Source: Cyanophora paradoxa CCMP329 | Lineage: Eukaryota; Plantae; Glaucophyta | Assembly: GCA_004431415.1 (NCBI GenBank) | Contig: QPMI01000104.1 | Location: 62,001 to 126,000, forward strand | Reading direction: 5' to 3' | DNA length: 64,000 nt | Shown here: in pieces, positions 22,700-33,841 of the stretch | Position numbering within the stretch: the stretch's first letter is position 1 | How the letters are laid out: every line of letters starts with the position of its first letter | Notes under the pieces: model-generated | The model's input: only the letters and a program-made list of their open reading frames with translations | Told to the model about the DNA's origin: nothing | Databases searched by the model: none | Translations under genes and position numbers: made by a program

Positions 22700-22802
22700 G
22701 ATAATTGAGAAAAAGCGGTCTCAGTATGCCACTGAGGCAGCTATAAAAGTTTACAGACAGGAACTGGTGTTCGCAACAAAAAATGACTTAAGGAAAAAGT
22801 AG
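22680..22802 (+). CDS. 40-aa microprotein conserved in element 2
   Basis: MDPQVYKIIEKKRSQYATEAAIKVYRQELVFATKNDLRKK; homologue at 38338-38478. Confidence 0.65.
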   Translation: MDPQVYKIIEKKRSQYATEAAIKVYRQELVFATKNDLRKK

Positions 22803-22851
22803 ATAGATTGTATTGAGGAAAAATTATTTTCGTATCTACTATTAAAGAGAA

Positions 22852-23178
22852 ATGCCGAATATCCGCAAGATACTCACAGATGATGAAAAAGCAGAGAAGC
22901 TGAGACTGAAAAGGGAGCAAGATGCCCAAAGAAAACGCGAAGCCTATCATAAAAAGAAGCAGGAACGATTATCCCAAGGAGCCGCTACAGTTCACACACC
23001 AGAAGAACTCAAAAAGATTGCCCTCAGACACCAGAGGAAATACAGGGAAAATGAAGAATATCGCGAGCAAAAAAAGGCAAAAGCGCTGGAATATTACCAC
23101 AAGAAGAAAGATGAACAGCCCAAGAAACCCAAAGAGCATAAACCGGTTGGAAGACCTCGGAAATATATCGAAGAATAA
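22852..23178 (+). CDS. basic protein, paralogue of 22454 (AT-hook GRPRK)
   Basis: KYRENEEYREQKKAKALEYY and VGRPRKY. Confidence 0.65.
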   Translation: MPNIRKILTDDEKAEKLRLKREQDAQRKREAYHKKKQERLSQGAATVHTPEELKKIALRHQRKYRENEEYREQKKAKALEYYHKKKDEQPKKPKEHKPVGRPRKYIEE

Positions 23179-23395
23179 ATTCTCGATCGAAACAAATTTT
23201 GTAGAAATCGATTTGATCGGAGGCAAAAAAATGACAGCTTTCTTCCCTCTTTTTTAAAACTGTACCTATATATCGAGACAGTATCCCGACCCAAAACTAC
23301 TTAAGGACTTGGCAAATAATAGGATATATATAAAAGACAATTCCTCCTTCCGAAATTATTTTCTTCGTTAAAGGTAGAAGTCCCCAAAATCGAAA

Positions 23396-23659
23396 ATGAA
23401 CAAAATCGAGAAATTCGCCACCCCTGTTGAAAATGCTACATTCCTTAGTACTCTCATTGGTGATCGCAACAAGGTCACCCATGTATTTGATTCTGCTGAA
23501 GATGCCCTTGAAGCCATTGATAATAGCAAGGTTAAGACCTGGGCTGAATGCATTCAGCCTGAACAAGTCACCAGAGTTTACCTGGACCTGGATAAATTCG
23601 CTGATTTGAAGGAGAACATTGCTGAAAACTATGCTGAGGCGGAAACTTTTATCATATAG
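23396..23659 (+). pseudogene. truncated 5' end of the AEP primase-helicase
   Basis: TWAECIQPEQVTRVYLDLDKF is nearly identical to the N-terminus of 38969-41590; ends at the deletion junction. Confidence 0.9.
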
Positions 23660-23741
23660 GTTATTTGCTTTTCTGGTTAATCTGCTTAAACTATGCTGAG
23701 GCGGAATTAATCGCGGGGTTGCAATCCCGGATCCCGGCGAG

Positions 23742-25206
23742 ACACATATAAAAACAAATATTATTATCCCTCGCGTTCCGCTCAGGATAATAATATTTGT
23801 TTTTATATGTGTGTTACTATAAGTTATATAAAGATATTAGCAATTTTATCATAGTGTATATCGATATGTGATATGTATTCTATCGGTAGTTCGTAAATGA
23901 ATCAATAAAAATAATATAAGTATCGTGGAATCTTTGTAAAATATGTATATATAATATGTAATCGCGATATAGCCGATATGTGTTTACGATGCGCGATGTG
24001 TATCTAAAACAACTACAATGTGCTGCTTGGGACGCGCCTCATATAGTCATGTGTATCACCTACGTAGCTTCGATAGGGTGGGGCGGGTGGGGTGAGGTGG
24101 GGCATTTTTTTGAATTCCCTAAAATGTTTCACTCCCAAAAATTCTTGGTCAAAAAAGACCCCACCCAACCCCACTTACCCCACCCTGTATTATTCTCTTT
24201 ATCTATGATTGATTTCAATGTAATTTAAATATAAATATGTATGATTGAGTATGTTAAATTAATACTGGGTGGGGTGTGAGGGTGGGGTGTGAGTGGTATC
24301 GGTATGGTAGTCCAATCTAAGATGGCACACATAAAATCATGATGTGTTATTTTTACTTCCGGTTTGATACTTATCGGACTTCGATAACTTCGATAGGGTG
24401 GGGCGGGTGGGGTGAGGTGGGGCATTTTTTTGAATTCCCTAAAATAATTCCCCCTCAAAAATTCTTGGTCAAAAAAGACCCCACCCAACCCCACTTACCC
24501 CACCCTGTATCTTTTATTATATTTATGATTGATTTCAATGTAATTAATGTATAAAGTATAGAGATTATGTATGTTAAATTAATACCGGGTGGGGTGTGAG
24601 GGTGGGGTGTGAAAGTGGTATCAGCCAACCATTTAATAATTACGATATTGAACCGACGTGATACCGACGAGATATGATATATTCAGATCGTATTAGAACG
24701 GCGCGATCACTAAGAAAAACAAGTATCATGTGCTGTATATTTCGCGATCCCTGAATCGCGAATCGATAGGGTGGGGTGAGAAAGTGGGCACCACCCTCAC
24801 TGTATACACTGTGATATGATCGCAATCCCGATGTAGCCTACTATGATATCGTGCGGACTTCGATAGGGTGGGGTAAGTGGGGTGAGGTGGGGCATTTTTT
24901 TGAATCCCTTAAATTTTTGGGGGGTCAAATATTTTTGGGCAAAAAAGACCCCACCCAACCCACCCTCCCCACCCTGTATTACTTATCGATACACCTCACT
25001 TATTTCAATGTATAAACTCTATTAAATTAGATAGTAAATATGTATAGAAATAACGAGATTGTAGTATAGGGTGGGGTGTAGGGTGGGGGCAAAATGCAAA
25101 CTGAATCAGTGCGATATAATTTAGTGAACACAAAGTGGATATGAAGTGGATACGAAGTGGATACGAAGGGGATAAGTGCGCCCCGCCCACTATGCAAGAT
25201 ACATGC
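23742..25206 (+). repeat. left TIR (~1.46 kb) with a terminal 28-bp hairpin (23742-23812) and three GTGGGG/CCCCAC cassettes
   Basis: Reverse complement of 49574-51034 apart from a few homopolymer indels; cassettes at ~24075, ~24395 and ~24865. Confidence 0.95.
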
Positions 25207-25329
25207 CTTTCTTATGCATGATCTATGAAAAATAACAATAAACCCAGTCGTCAGACAAGCTGCCTTGGCTGCGCCTCTCTCATTCTTCGAATTCTTTACA
25301 TAGGAGCACTCACAGGAATTTCGCTTGCC

Positions 25330-26664
25330 TTATATTATTTTAACGATTACCAAAACCTGTGTGTCAGATAACACCTTGATCACCTTCCCCACAGATATTT
25401 TATATTGTTCAAATGAAGGATTCGATACAGCATTTACAGCAATACTGTCATTCTCACCTTGAACAGGAATAATATAATCACCAGGGTTTGCCCCTGATAT
25501 ATTAACAGGAACCTGACCACAGAATGCAATACGATCTACCTTCTGTCTCTCAGTTTCCAGTTTCTGTTCATATATTGCTTTGGCTGTTTCGTATTCTTGT
25601 TTTTGTGTTTCTGTTGGGTTTTCAGGTAATTCAGGTCTTTCTCCTACAATACTTTTGGGTGCCCAATCGTCACCTCCCACGAAAGATGGGTTCGTTGATT
25701 TGACCGCAAACATTATAGTGGAATTAAATGAAAGCGTTAACTTTCCATTTTGATTAATTCCGCAAACTTGCCCTTTTGCTATGACATCCGTTATGTTTTC
25801 TTTTGCCATATATTCAGCATAATCAGTTCCTCCTACATTTACAGTTCCTGCGGTGTTAATAGATCTTCCAGTTGCGAATTTAGCAACATATAGTATAGCT
25901 CCTATTCCGCCCCAACCATTATTTAAATACTGTGTTGTATCAGAATAGAAGCCACCTAAATCGTTTCCACTCGAGCTGTAACACCACATGACTCCACTGT
26001 TAGTCCCTGTCTGTTTCACAATGAGCCCACCAGTCGTCGGTGGAGACGTATTGATACCAACAGTTCCACTGTTAACCTGGATACCATTTGCTGTGATTGT
26101 TGAAATTGTTGTCCCATTGCGTTTTAATGCTAAATCAGAAGCCGCCCCAGTATCAATCGTCGTTGTTTTTACACCACCAGTAGCTGTGAGAAGCCCAGTA
26201 AATCCACCAGTAGATGAAAATGTAGCTGTGGTTCCACTAACACCACCATTTGCTGTGAGTAATCCAGTAAATGAGCCTGTCCCACTTACTGTCGCATTCC
26301 CATTCACCCCCAAGCCAGTCCCAATCCATGCCCCGCCACTGTAAACTTGGAAAGCCGCCGAATTCCTATCAGCCGGATTAAAAGCCGTTTTGGAATCCTG
26401 TTGACCTTCATATAGATTTTCTTTGGTGACCAGCCCCGAAGATATTGCGGGTCGATTCGATACGATCATTTGAGTAGCTTTAACGAGTCCATCAATCTTG
26501 TCAGCTCTGAGTTCTTTGACTCTGAGTATGCTTTGGTCATTAAAAGAATCGGTTTTCGCTGTCTCAGTCGAAGGGTGGCTCGGAGATAAATCATAGACTG
26601 TGTGTTGGACATTATGGACAGCACTGGCTGATAAGGAAAACACAGGTGTGAATACAGTCGACAT
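25330..26664 (-). CDS. fibre-family protein 5 with C-terminal peptidase-G2-like intramolecular chaperone domain
   Basis: Shared N-module LRVKELRADKIDG...SGGAWIG; Gly/Thr repeats; DYAEYM...STNPSFVGGD...RIAFCGQVPV. Confidence 0.75.
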   Translation of the reverse strand: MSTVFTPVFSLSASAVHNVQHTVYDLSPSHPSTETAKTDSFNDQSILRVKELRADKIDGLVKATQMIVSNRPAISSGLVTKENLYEGQQDSKTAFNPADRNSAAFQVYSGGAWIGTGLGVNGNATVSGTGSFTGLLTANGGVSGTTATFSSTGGFTGLLTATGGVKTTTIDTGAASDLALKRNGTTISTITANGIQVNSGTVGINTSPPTTGGLIVKQTGTNSGVMWCYSSSGNDLGGFYSDTTQYLNNGWGGIGAILYVAKFATGRSINTAGTVNVGGTDYAEYMAKENITDVIAKGQVCGINQNGKLTLSFNSTIMFAVKSTNPSFVGGDDWAPKSIVGERPELPENPTETQKQEYETAKAIYEQKLETERQKVDRIAFCGQVPVNISGANPGDYIIPVQGENDSIAVNAVSNPSFEQYKISVGKVIKVLSDTQVLVIVKII

Positions 26665-26685
26665 CTTTTGATTGTTCTTTACTTA

Positions 26686-28149
26686 TTATGTGAGAATATT
26701 ATTGTTTTGGAGAGGTCCAACAGCAATCCAATGGAGTTTAAGGGTGCGATTTGCTGCTGTGACATTTGTGAAATTAGTCGATGCGAAAGCTGTGAATCTT
26801 ACGATCCAGGTAAACTTAGTTTTTAAACCCACACGAGTATTATTAACATACTCAGGTCCGATATATACACAGTTGGTCATGTCCCAATTTACAGAGTTGA
26901 AGCTATTCTCGATAGATGTAGTAATCACTGCATCACTATAAAATGGGGTAGAGAATACGACCGTTCCCGATAATTGAAAGGTTTCTCCTGCTATGTATTC
27001 TCGATTGTCCAGGACTACATTCGCTGTCCCCTGTTGCACATATGCATTTGCATTTACATAACTACCGAAATTCGTGAGCAACTCTATGCTGTGATTGTGA
27101 GTGGGTGGCGAAGTAGGTGTGTTAATCAGATCATCATAATTTCCACTTGTAGCCACAGCATGCAAGTTGGGTGTATTAACGAGATCATTATAGTCTCCAC
27201 TTGTAGCCACAGCATGCAAGGTAGGGGCAACAGGTGTGTTAGTTAGGTCATTGTAGTCACCACTTGTGGCAACAGCATGCAAATTCGGCTTAGTAAATAA
27301 CCTATCCCATGTCCCATTGAAAGGAAGTGTAGATTCTGATATAATTACACCTTGATCGATCCAACGAGGTATATAGCTTGTGAAATCGGGAGTTCCTACT
27401 AAATCATAGTAATTTCCTGTGTATGCTACACCACTCCAAGTCGGCTTCTGAATGATATCACTCCACTTCCCACTAAAACCCGCCGGCACATCTGTAAGCT
27501 CCTTATAGCTCACCTTTTGCTTTGGTATAGACAGCTCAATTGGTGAGAATGCACCCGAAAGGCGATTTTCAGAGGTGAAATACATGAGACTTTGACTGTT
27601 AGGGAACTCATCCACGAGATTAAAGGTGAAATTCGTGGGCAATTCGAGTCGACTAATTGGGGTGTTGTCGCCTAATATAAATTCGGCGCCTGTATGCACG
27701 ACCGGGTTTCTTTGGATATACATATTGGATGCACCTATTACAGGTGCTACTATGGGCACATCCGAATTAACGAGATTGCAAGTGATAGAAAAAATGGTTT
27801 TGGGGGCATACAGATTGCAATCAAAAGTAATCGTGGCGGGATCAATAGTAGGATCGACATTTGAACAGATCTGAAACATCCACCCTCCCACACAGTTGCA
27901 ATTTAGATTTCGAAAGGCTGTTCCTGCCATTGCATCCACATAGCCTATCCCATTTGCTATGTCATATATGTGACCAAACTCGTAACCAAAAATGTCATTC
28001 CATAGGTTAGAAGCCATAGCTCCCATCACATAACCTTTTAGATCAACAATTAGGTCATTGGATTCACTGGGTATATTGGCGTGGGTTATATAAAATTTAT
28101 TATCCAATACAGCATTCTTTACTGTCGTTTCTACTATGGGTTCCGTCAT
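26686..28149 (-). CDS. tail-fibre-like repeat protein
   Basis: LHAVATSG(D/N)YxDL x3, THNH, and a C-terminal VVFSTPF domain similar to the C-terminus of the 12325 protein. Confidence 0.7.
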   Translation of the reverse strand: MTEPIVETTVKNAVLDNKFYITHANIPSESNDLIVDLKGYVMGAMASNLWNDIFGYEFGHIYDIANGIGYVDAMAGTAFRNLNCNCVGGWMFQICSNVDPTIDPATITFDCNLYAPKTIFSITCNLVNSDVPIVAPVIGASNMYIQRNPVVHTGAEFILGDNTPISRLELPTNFTFNLVDEFPNSQSLMYFTSENRLSGAFSPIELSIPKQKVSYKELTDVPAGFSGKWSDIIQKPTWSGVAYTGNYYDLVGTPDFTSYIPRWIDQGVIISESTLPFNGTWDRLFTKPNLHAVATSGDYNDLTNTPVAPTLHAVATSGDYNDLVNTPNLHAVATSGNYDDLINTPTSPPTHNHSIELLTNFGSYVNANAYVQQGTANVVLDNREYIAGETFQLSGTVVFSTPFYSDAVITTSIENSFNSVNWDMTNCVYIGPEYVNNTRVGLKTKFTWIVRFTAFASTNFTNVTAANRTLKLHWIAVGPLQNNNILT

Positions 28150-28187
28150 TATTTCTCTATTAAGGCATACTACAAAAATTAAGGTTG

Positions 28188-31100
28188 TTACATTACATTT
28201 GGAATATGTTCATATATTCTCCCTTCTCGCTGTGCCATTTCCGCCATAAAGTCTCTATCATTGTTCATCGTTTGCTCTGCCAATTCTTGTGCTCGTGATT
28301 TTTTGGGTGCTGCCCTATTTGCTGGTGGTCGGTCAGTCCTCACAACACTAAGACCATGCCCCTCGGCTGATCTCACCTCTAAGCCCACATCTCCTTCGGC
28401 TGTTTGGGTCACATTAAGCTCTGGTGTGGAGTATTTATTACCTGCTCCTGCAATGGTTCTGTCTATGCATGCACAACACAAAGCTCGGAATTTGTATGCA
28501 AGCACAAGCCCAAGAGCACCGAGAATCGGCAAGAGAATCATAAGCACTAACGTTCCTGGATCTGTTCCCGGTGCCCCGACTGGATTTGTAGGATTCGTGG
28601 GATTATTAGGTGTTGTAGGATCAGTGGTAGGTGGGGTCTGTGGGTCTGACTCATCAGGAGGCAAGTTAGGATCTGAATCTGGGGGCGGTTCCGTCGACCC
28701 TGCTAATGAGGTCGGCGCTGTGTATGCATTTGCAAACACGATGGGAGCCGTCGCTGGATTTCCTGTGGAGGATCCTGAGATTGCACCATAGGTATCTGCG
28801 AGATACTTGTATAATTCCTGTGTCACAGGTGGATTGCTCACAGATCGACACACCCAAATATTGCACGTAGTGTCATAGACTGTGTCCCTGATAAAGGGCG
28901 GTAGAGCCGTCCCACTGAATGACTCAAAGAGTCCATTTCGCGATAGCAACCTATGTCCTGTATCACAATTTCCACCCTCAAAATATTTGGTAGCCGAAAT
29001 CGCACCTTGCACATAAATATTGCATGTCGAGTGCAATCCAATGTTATTTAGGTTAGGAGTGTATCTGTCATCAAGCCGGACAGTGCACACCCATGGGGAA
29101 GCGGTTTTTATATATTTCTTATCGCCTGCTGTGATCACATCAGTGTTTGGGTGGCTTTCGATTTGGGTAGCAATTGACTCATATTTGTAAGAGTAATAAA
29201 CTAAGAGACCATCTGTGGAGGATGTAAAATAAAAGAAGTCTCTCATGAAGTCTGTGGATCCAAAGAAGTCAGCATTGGTCGATGTTAGGGTGACTCTGGG
29301 ATAGCTCATGTTGACAGTCTCAGAAGGATATGGAATATAAGAGGTGTAATAGCGATTTAACAGATAATAGTAAAATCCATCTGAGACATTCGAGTGAGTG
29401 GGCAAGGTCACTGTTAAGGTCTTACTGCGATCCTCAAACGTTTTCTGTATGACAATGTTGCAAGTATTAATATATCGAGAATCGAAAAAGTAATTATTTG
29501 TGACTCTATTATCGATCAAAGTCGCATTGGTTCCATTAAACACGAAATTCTGCCCATTGATCCTCGTAGTATGGAGGTCGGTCACATCGAGAGGATACCT
29601 TATTTTTAATCGATCTTCGGGGTCAAATCGCGGAATAGTTCCTGTTGCCTTCCAACTGATAGTAAAGGGAGGAGCAAGGGACACTGCTGGGATAACAGAG
29701 AGATTAAATTTCGAAAAATACAACCCAACAGGATACCCTGACAGAGCATATGTCACTGTTGCATTTCCGACAAGTGTGAAGCCGGTGGTTGTTATGTTAG
29801 TTGCAACAAATGGGGAGTAGCCGGCTGGTGCATTGTTAATAGAGGTGGTCGACCCATCATTGACCACATACAAATTCGTGTCTGTTATTTCAATAGTAGG
29901 AGGGGAGACAAATGGAGACTCAAATGTGAAATTAAAACTCGCTGGAACCCCTGCAAGATATCTATATGAGACCGATCCTATTTCGGATGCCTGGAATACT
30001 TTGCTTCCACTCCGCACTACATTACTTGTGTCTTTCACATTGTGGTATGATATGCTGGGAGTCGGGGAGAGCACCAACGAAATAGCATCTGGTAAATCAG
30101 ACTTTGTTATATACAGCTCTTTAAGATACTCCTTTCTAAAAGGCGCGGTCAGATCTCCAATAGTAGCCGATGAACCTGCGACTACAATATTACAGGTGTT
30201 TGCACTCAAAGAATAAACTGTGTTCCACCTTAAAGAGTTCGCGCCAAGATCGAAACTCTGTGAGAAGGGCACGATATTGCTACCTTGTAAATCTCGGTAA
30301 ACCTTTACTCTGGGTTTGCTATCGAATTCAGGGGTGATATAATTGATGTTAAGAGTGAAACTAATAGTAGCTTCGGAAGTCAATAAGTTGTTTCGGATGA
30401 TAAGTAAATTGTATGTCTCGTTAATGACAAACGAAACCTGAAACCCTGTGGAGGTGACATTTTGAATAAATGCTTTATTCGATTCATTATTGTTAGTGAT
30501 AGGATTATAATAAGTAGTGTGATCCACCAATGAAACAGTGGGTATAGTCGTCTCGAAACCTGTGACACCCAACTGATCCCAAGTGAATGTATATGTAGGT
30601 TTGCCTACATAAGCGACAAAGACCCCATTTGCGAGCTGCTGAGGGTATCCCTCGACAGTGTAGGTCTCAGTTCGCGAAACTGAGCGGGAAAGATTGCTGT
30701 TAAAGTCGTTATAGCTGATCAGAGCTCTCTCATCAGTGGGTAAATCACTGGGTCGGACTGAGTGATTGAAAGGCAAGATTATGTTACTTGTTTTTGAGGT
30801 CGTGCTATAAAAATTGGTCGTGTGCAAGTCATCAAACCACCCATCATAGGCATACACATTCAGCCATTTCTTAACAGCATCAGTGTTAGATTGCCCGAGA
30901 TTAAATTGATGATCGAGCAAAGGCACCAAATCGCGGGATAAATACATGATCGCATCAGTGATGGTGATTGCACCTGTTAAAACAGCGAGCCCTGCCGTGT
31001 TTGCTGCGGTAGCAATTGATAAACCCGAAATTTCGAGATCCTGGGCTACATCTCGCTCGTTTCTTGTGAATCGCTCGCTATAAAACTCCTTTACAAGGTC

Positions 31101-31504
31101 GACCCCCATGACATCAATTAAATGCGGTCGAGTGAGGGTGATATTGCTTGTGATGCTCTGCGAATATTCAACAGGATCCCATTCGACGACAGCTGTCAGT
31201 GGGATGGGCGGGCTTTATTGATTTCGTGCTGAAAGGTTCGCACTGTGGGGAAATTGCTGCCAAAGAATGCAACAGGCGAGCCCCCATGATAGATAACGAG
31301 GGCTGAGTTATCAGTGCCATAGGTAAAAGGGAGATTGCTGGTGATATCAATATATTGAAGGTTGCTCTGATTTAATAGAAAGTCTTTTACCACAAGGTTC
31401 GAAGATATGGTCACATTGGAAGCGGTAATGTTACTGCTGAGCTCGAAACCGTCATCCAAATACAAGGTTTCCCGAGTGATAAAGGGGAGATTCGTGATAC
31501 TCAT
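28188..31504 (-). CDS. large fibre-like protein with a C-terminal transmembrane helix and tail (frameshift at ~31210)
   Basis: P....xLG....W..VY and TCNI repeats, Pro/Thr stalk, TM segment LVLMILLPILGALGLVLAY, CCAC; +1 C joins 31196-31504 to 28188-31109. Confidence 0.65.
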
Positions 31505-31522
31505 TTGTAATATAAGATTATT

Positions 31523-32495
31523 TTAACCCGATAGCACCTCTAATATAAAGCTGTGATTAACGCCATTAAAGTCGACTACATTATTGTAGGCATCGAGCCA
31601 TTTAATTGTGAGGGTGTCTATATCATAAGCCTGATCGTGGGAATTAAAGAACTCCACAGTATCGATTCTGCGGAATGTCAGGTAGTAAACAAACGATCCC
31701 AAGGGGCTGGTTAGTGGAACCTTAGCGAGGTTTGCATTTCCGCCCTCATCTGTCTTTGCTGCCACCATATACCTGTCGTAAAAGGGCGTAAACTCTTTAA
31801 TTTGTAGGTAAACATAGGGGTCGGATTTAAATTGATTGCATTCGGAAGGTCACTGCATGTTCGAGAGGGAATGGAAGCACAGATATTCCGGCGGGGTATT
31901 TTGTTTTGCCCTCATAGGCTTGTAGAAATGAGTATTTTGGATTGCTGGGTGTGAGGGGTAAATAGTCTACCGTGAGATGCTCTGAACCCTCACCAACTGG
32001 AATTGTTTGATAAATATCCCCTTTGATCATTCCATGGAACCTTGCGAAGTCGTCATGTGCACAGCTCAGTGTGAGGGGAATGCTCGAATAAAAAGTAATT
32101 TTCATTGTCGCTGGATTATAGAGCCACTTGTAGTAGACTGTGACGCTTTCGCTTGTGAGAGGGTTTACATCGACAAAACCGCCCGAATAGCCTAAGTTCT
32201 TATTACCATATCCCCAAATCGCTGGGGTGTAGTTTCCTATGTCAGGGAAAGGGGAAAAGGTGATGCTGTTAGTCATTCCCTGTATGGTCACGCCTCTGGA
32301 ATTATCGGTGACAGCATAAATCGTGTTTGGGAGCTCGGCGCTCGCAATGCGCACCCCTTTTACGTTCAGAAGTCGCTGAGAAAGCTTTACTGTATATTCT
32401 CCCGGGTGCCCTGCACTGCGCTCAATAGAATCGATATTAACATTGACCCTCGTAAACTTGCCATTATAGAAATCGTTAACTGGCTTCCGAATCAT
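31523..32495 (-). CDS. penton-like protein A (two probable homopolymer frameshifts at ~31825-31845)
   Basis: VNIDSIERS...SAELPNTIY; C-terminal LDAYNNVVDFNGVNHSFILEV; homologue of 17173-18105. Confidence 0.7.
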
Positions 32496-32522
32496 TTTTA
32501 TTTCCTATTAATAAAGAATAAA

Positions 32523-33808
32523 ATGCGCGAGTATCTCAGCATCAGTAGCCGTGATCGATCAGAGGGCTCGGCTCATTCCTATAAGGTGACCCTTCCAAAG
32601 CAATACCACAATGTGAAGAGCATCGCTGTGCGACAGATCGAATTTTCCAACACGATTCCGACGGTTCCAAGCCCTCAATTCTATACTGAAATCGGGGAGA
32701 CGAAAGCCGATGATGCTAATACGATTTTCATATCATTTCCTTACCGATTTTCGAGTGGACAGCTCAATGGTGCCACTGAGCAAATAAGAGAAACACAAGC
32801 GACTGCAATATATGACGCTTACAAAGCCATAGATGCTGGCGACCAAGGCAACTATATACCGCCTGATTACCTAAACACTTTCAGAAGATATACCCGATAC
32901 AGAGACGTAGCAATTACGATCCCTCCGGGCACATACTCGACTGGAACCGACCTTGCCACTGCAATCGATAACATCTTAACGAAAAATGGAACTGGCAACT
33001 ACATCAAGGATATGATCGACACAAAAATTAATCCAAGCTACGCATCGACAGGAGGAACCTTTTACCCGGTGGTGAGATGTCGTTTTGAGAGCACATTAAA
33101 TGCTATATGCTTTTATTCGAGTGATTATGTCTACATAGCTTTCACGAAATATGGACCGAGTAATGCCACTGCGTCTACTGCGAATGAAAGAAAGGTGCTC
33201 GCCTATCGCACGATGACTCTTCTCGGGTTTACATCGATCAGAGAGAATATAATGATAGATCAATACAACGGATCGGGCTACACAGCCTTCGCTGGGAGCG
33301 GTGTCGTTTACTCAGCTGGTGATGCATTCCGCAATTATAATTCGACGGCTCTGGTCTTAGGCATAGCCGGAGGCACTGCCCCTGATTATACACCGGATAA
33401 TGCAATAGTTTTAAAGATCACAGAGCCGGACTGCTCGCTTTTTACGACATGCACCGAGGCTACTAATGGATTCCTCGCTAAGATCCCGATTTCGAAAGGC
33501 ACAGCCTATGCGGATGCTGAGCTAATTAATTATGGGCGGATGCTTTCACGAAATACTTTAACACCCGCCTCTCCTTTGATAGTTTAACCGTTCAAATTCT
33601 CACGGAGAGCGGTTATAGGTATTTCCTCGGAAGCTGTGAGCACACATTCATTTTGGAAATTACTATGGGAGTGGATGAGCCCGACGACGATTTACAGCGC
33701 ATTGTTAATAAGGGATTCGCGAAAATGCTATATGAGGACTACCCGCATTGCGGCAATTTAACGAATGCGTTGAGCGGGGTGGCTGTAAAAAATAATCCGT
33801 TCTTCTAA
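32523..33808 (+). CDS. penton-like protein B (frameshift at ~33535)
   Basis: MREYLSISSRDRS...YHNVKSIAVRQIEFSNTIP; the shifted frame continues ...EHTFILEITMG to a stop at 33808. Confidence 0.7.
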
Positions 33809-33841
33809 AATAAATTTCTCAGCGGAAGATAAAAACGAAAT

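Larger units (their letters stand above)
6416..23706 (+). mobile_element. Element 1: endogenous Polinton-like virus, right part deleted
   Basis: Abrupt GC-to-AT switch at 6416. Same ACACATA terminus and hairpin as element 2. Intronless dense ORFs syntenic with element 2 (fibres, 2 pentons, MCP, ATPase, small ORFs, primase N-terminus). No right TIR. Confidence 0.9.

Noticed and set aside
24075-24105. G-quadruplex as the main function of the GTGGGG arrays
   Set aside because: G4 formation is possible, but the homologous element 1 cassette uses GTTGAC, which favours protein-binding iterons
24060-25100. CRISPR-like array in the TIRs
   Set aside because: The units are long with homologous rather than unique spacers, there are no cas genes, and the context is a eukaryotic viral TIR
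23980-25190. Short ORFs within the TIRs and their mirrors at 49572-50796 and 41502-41825
   Set aside because: They are translations of G/C-run repeats with no coding signature
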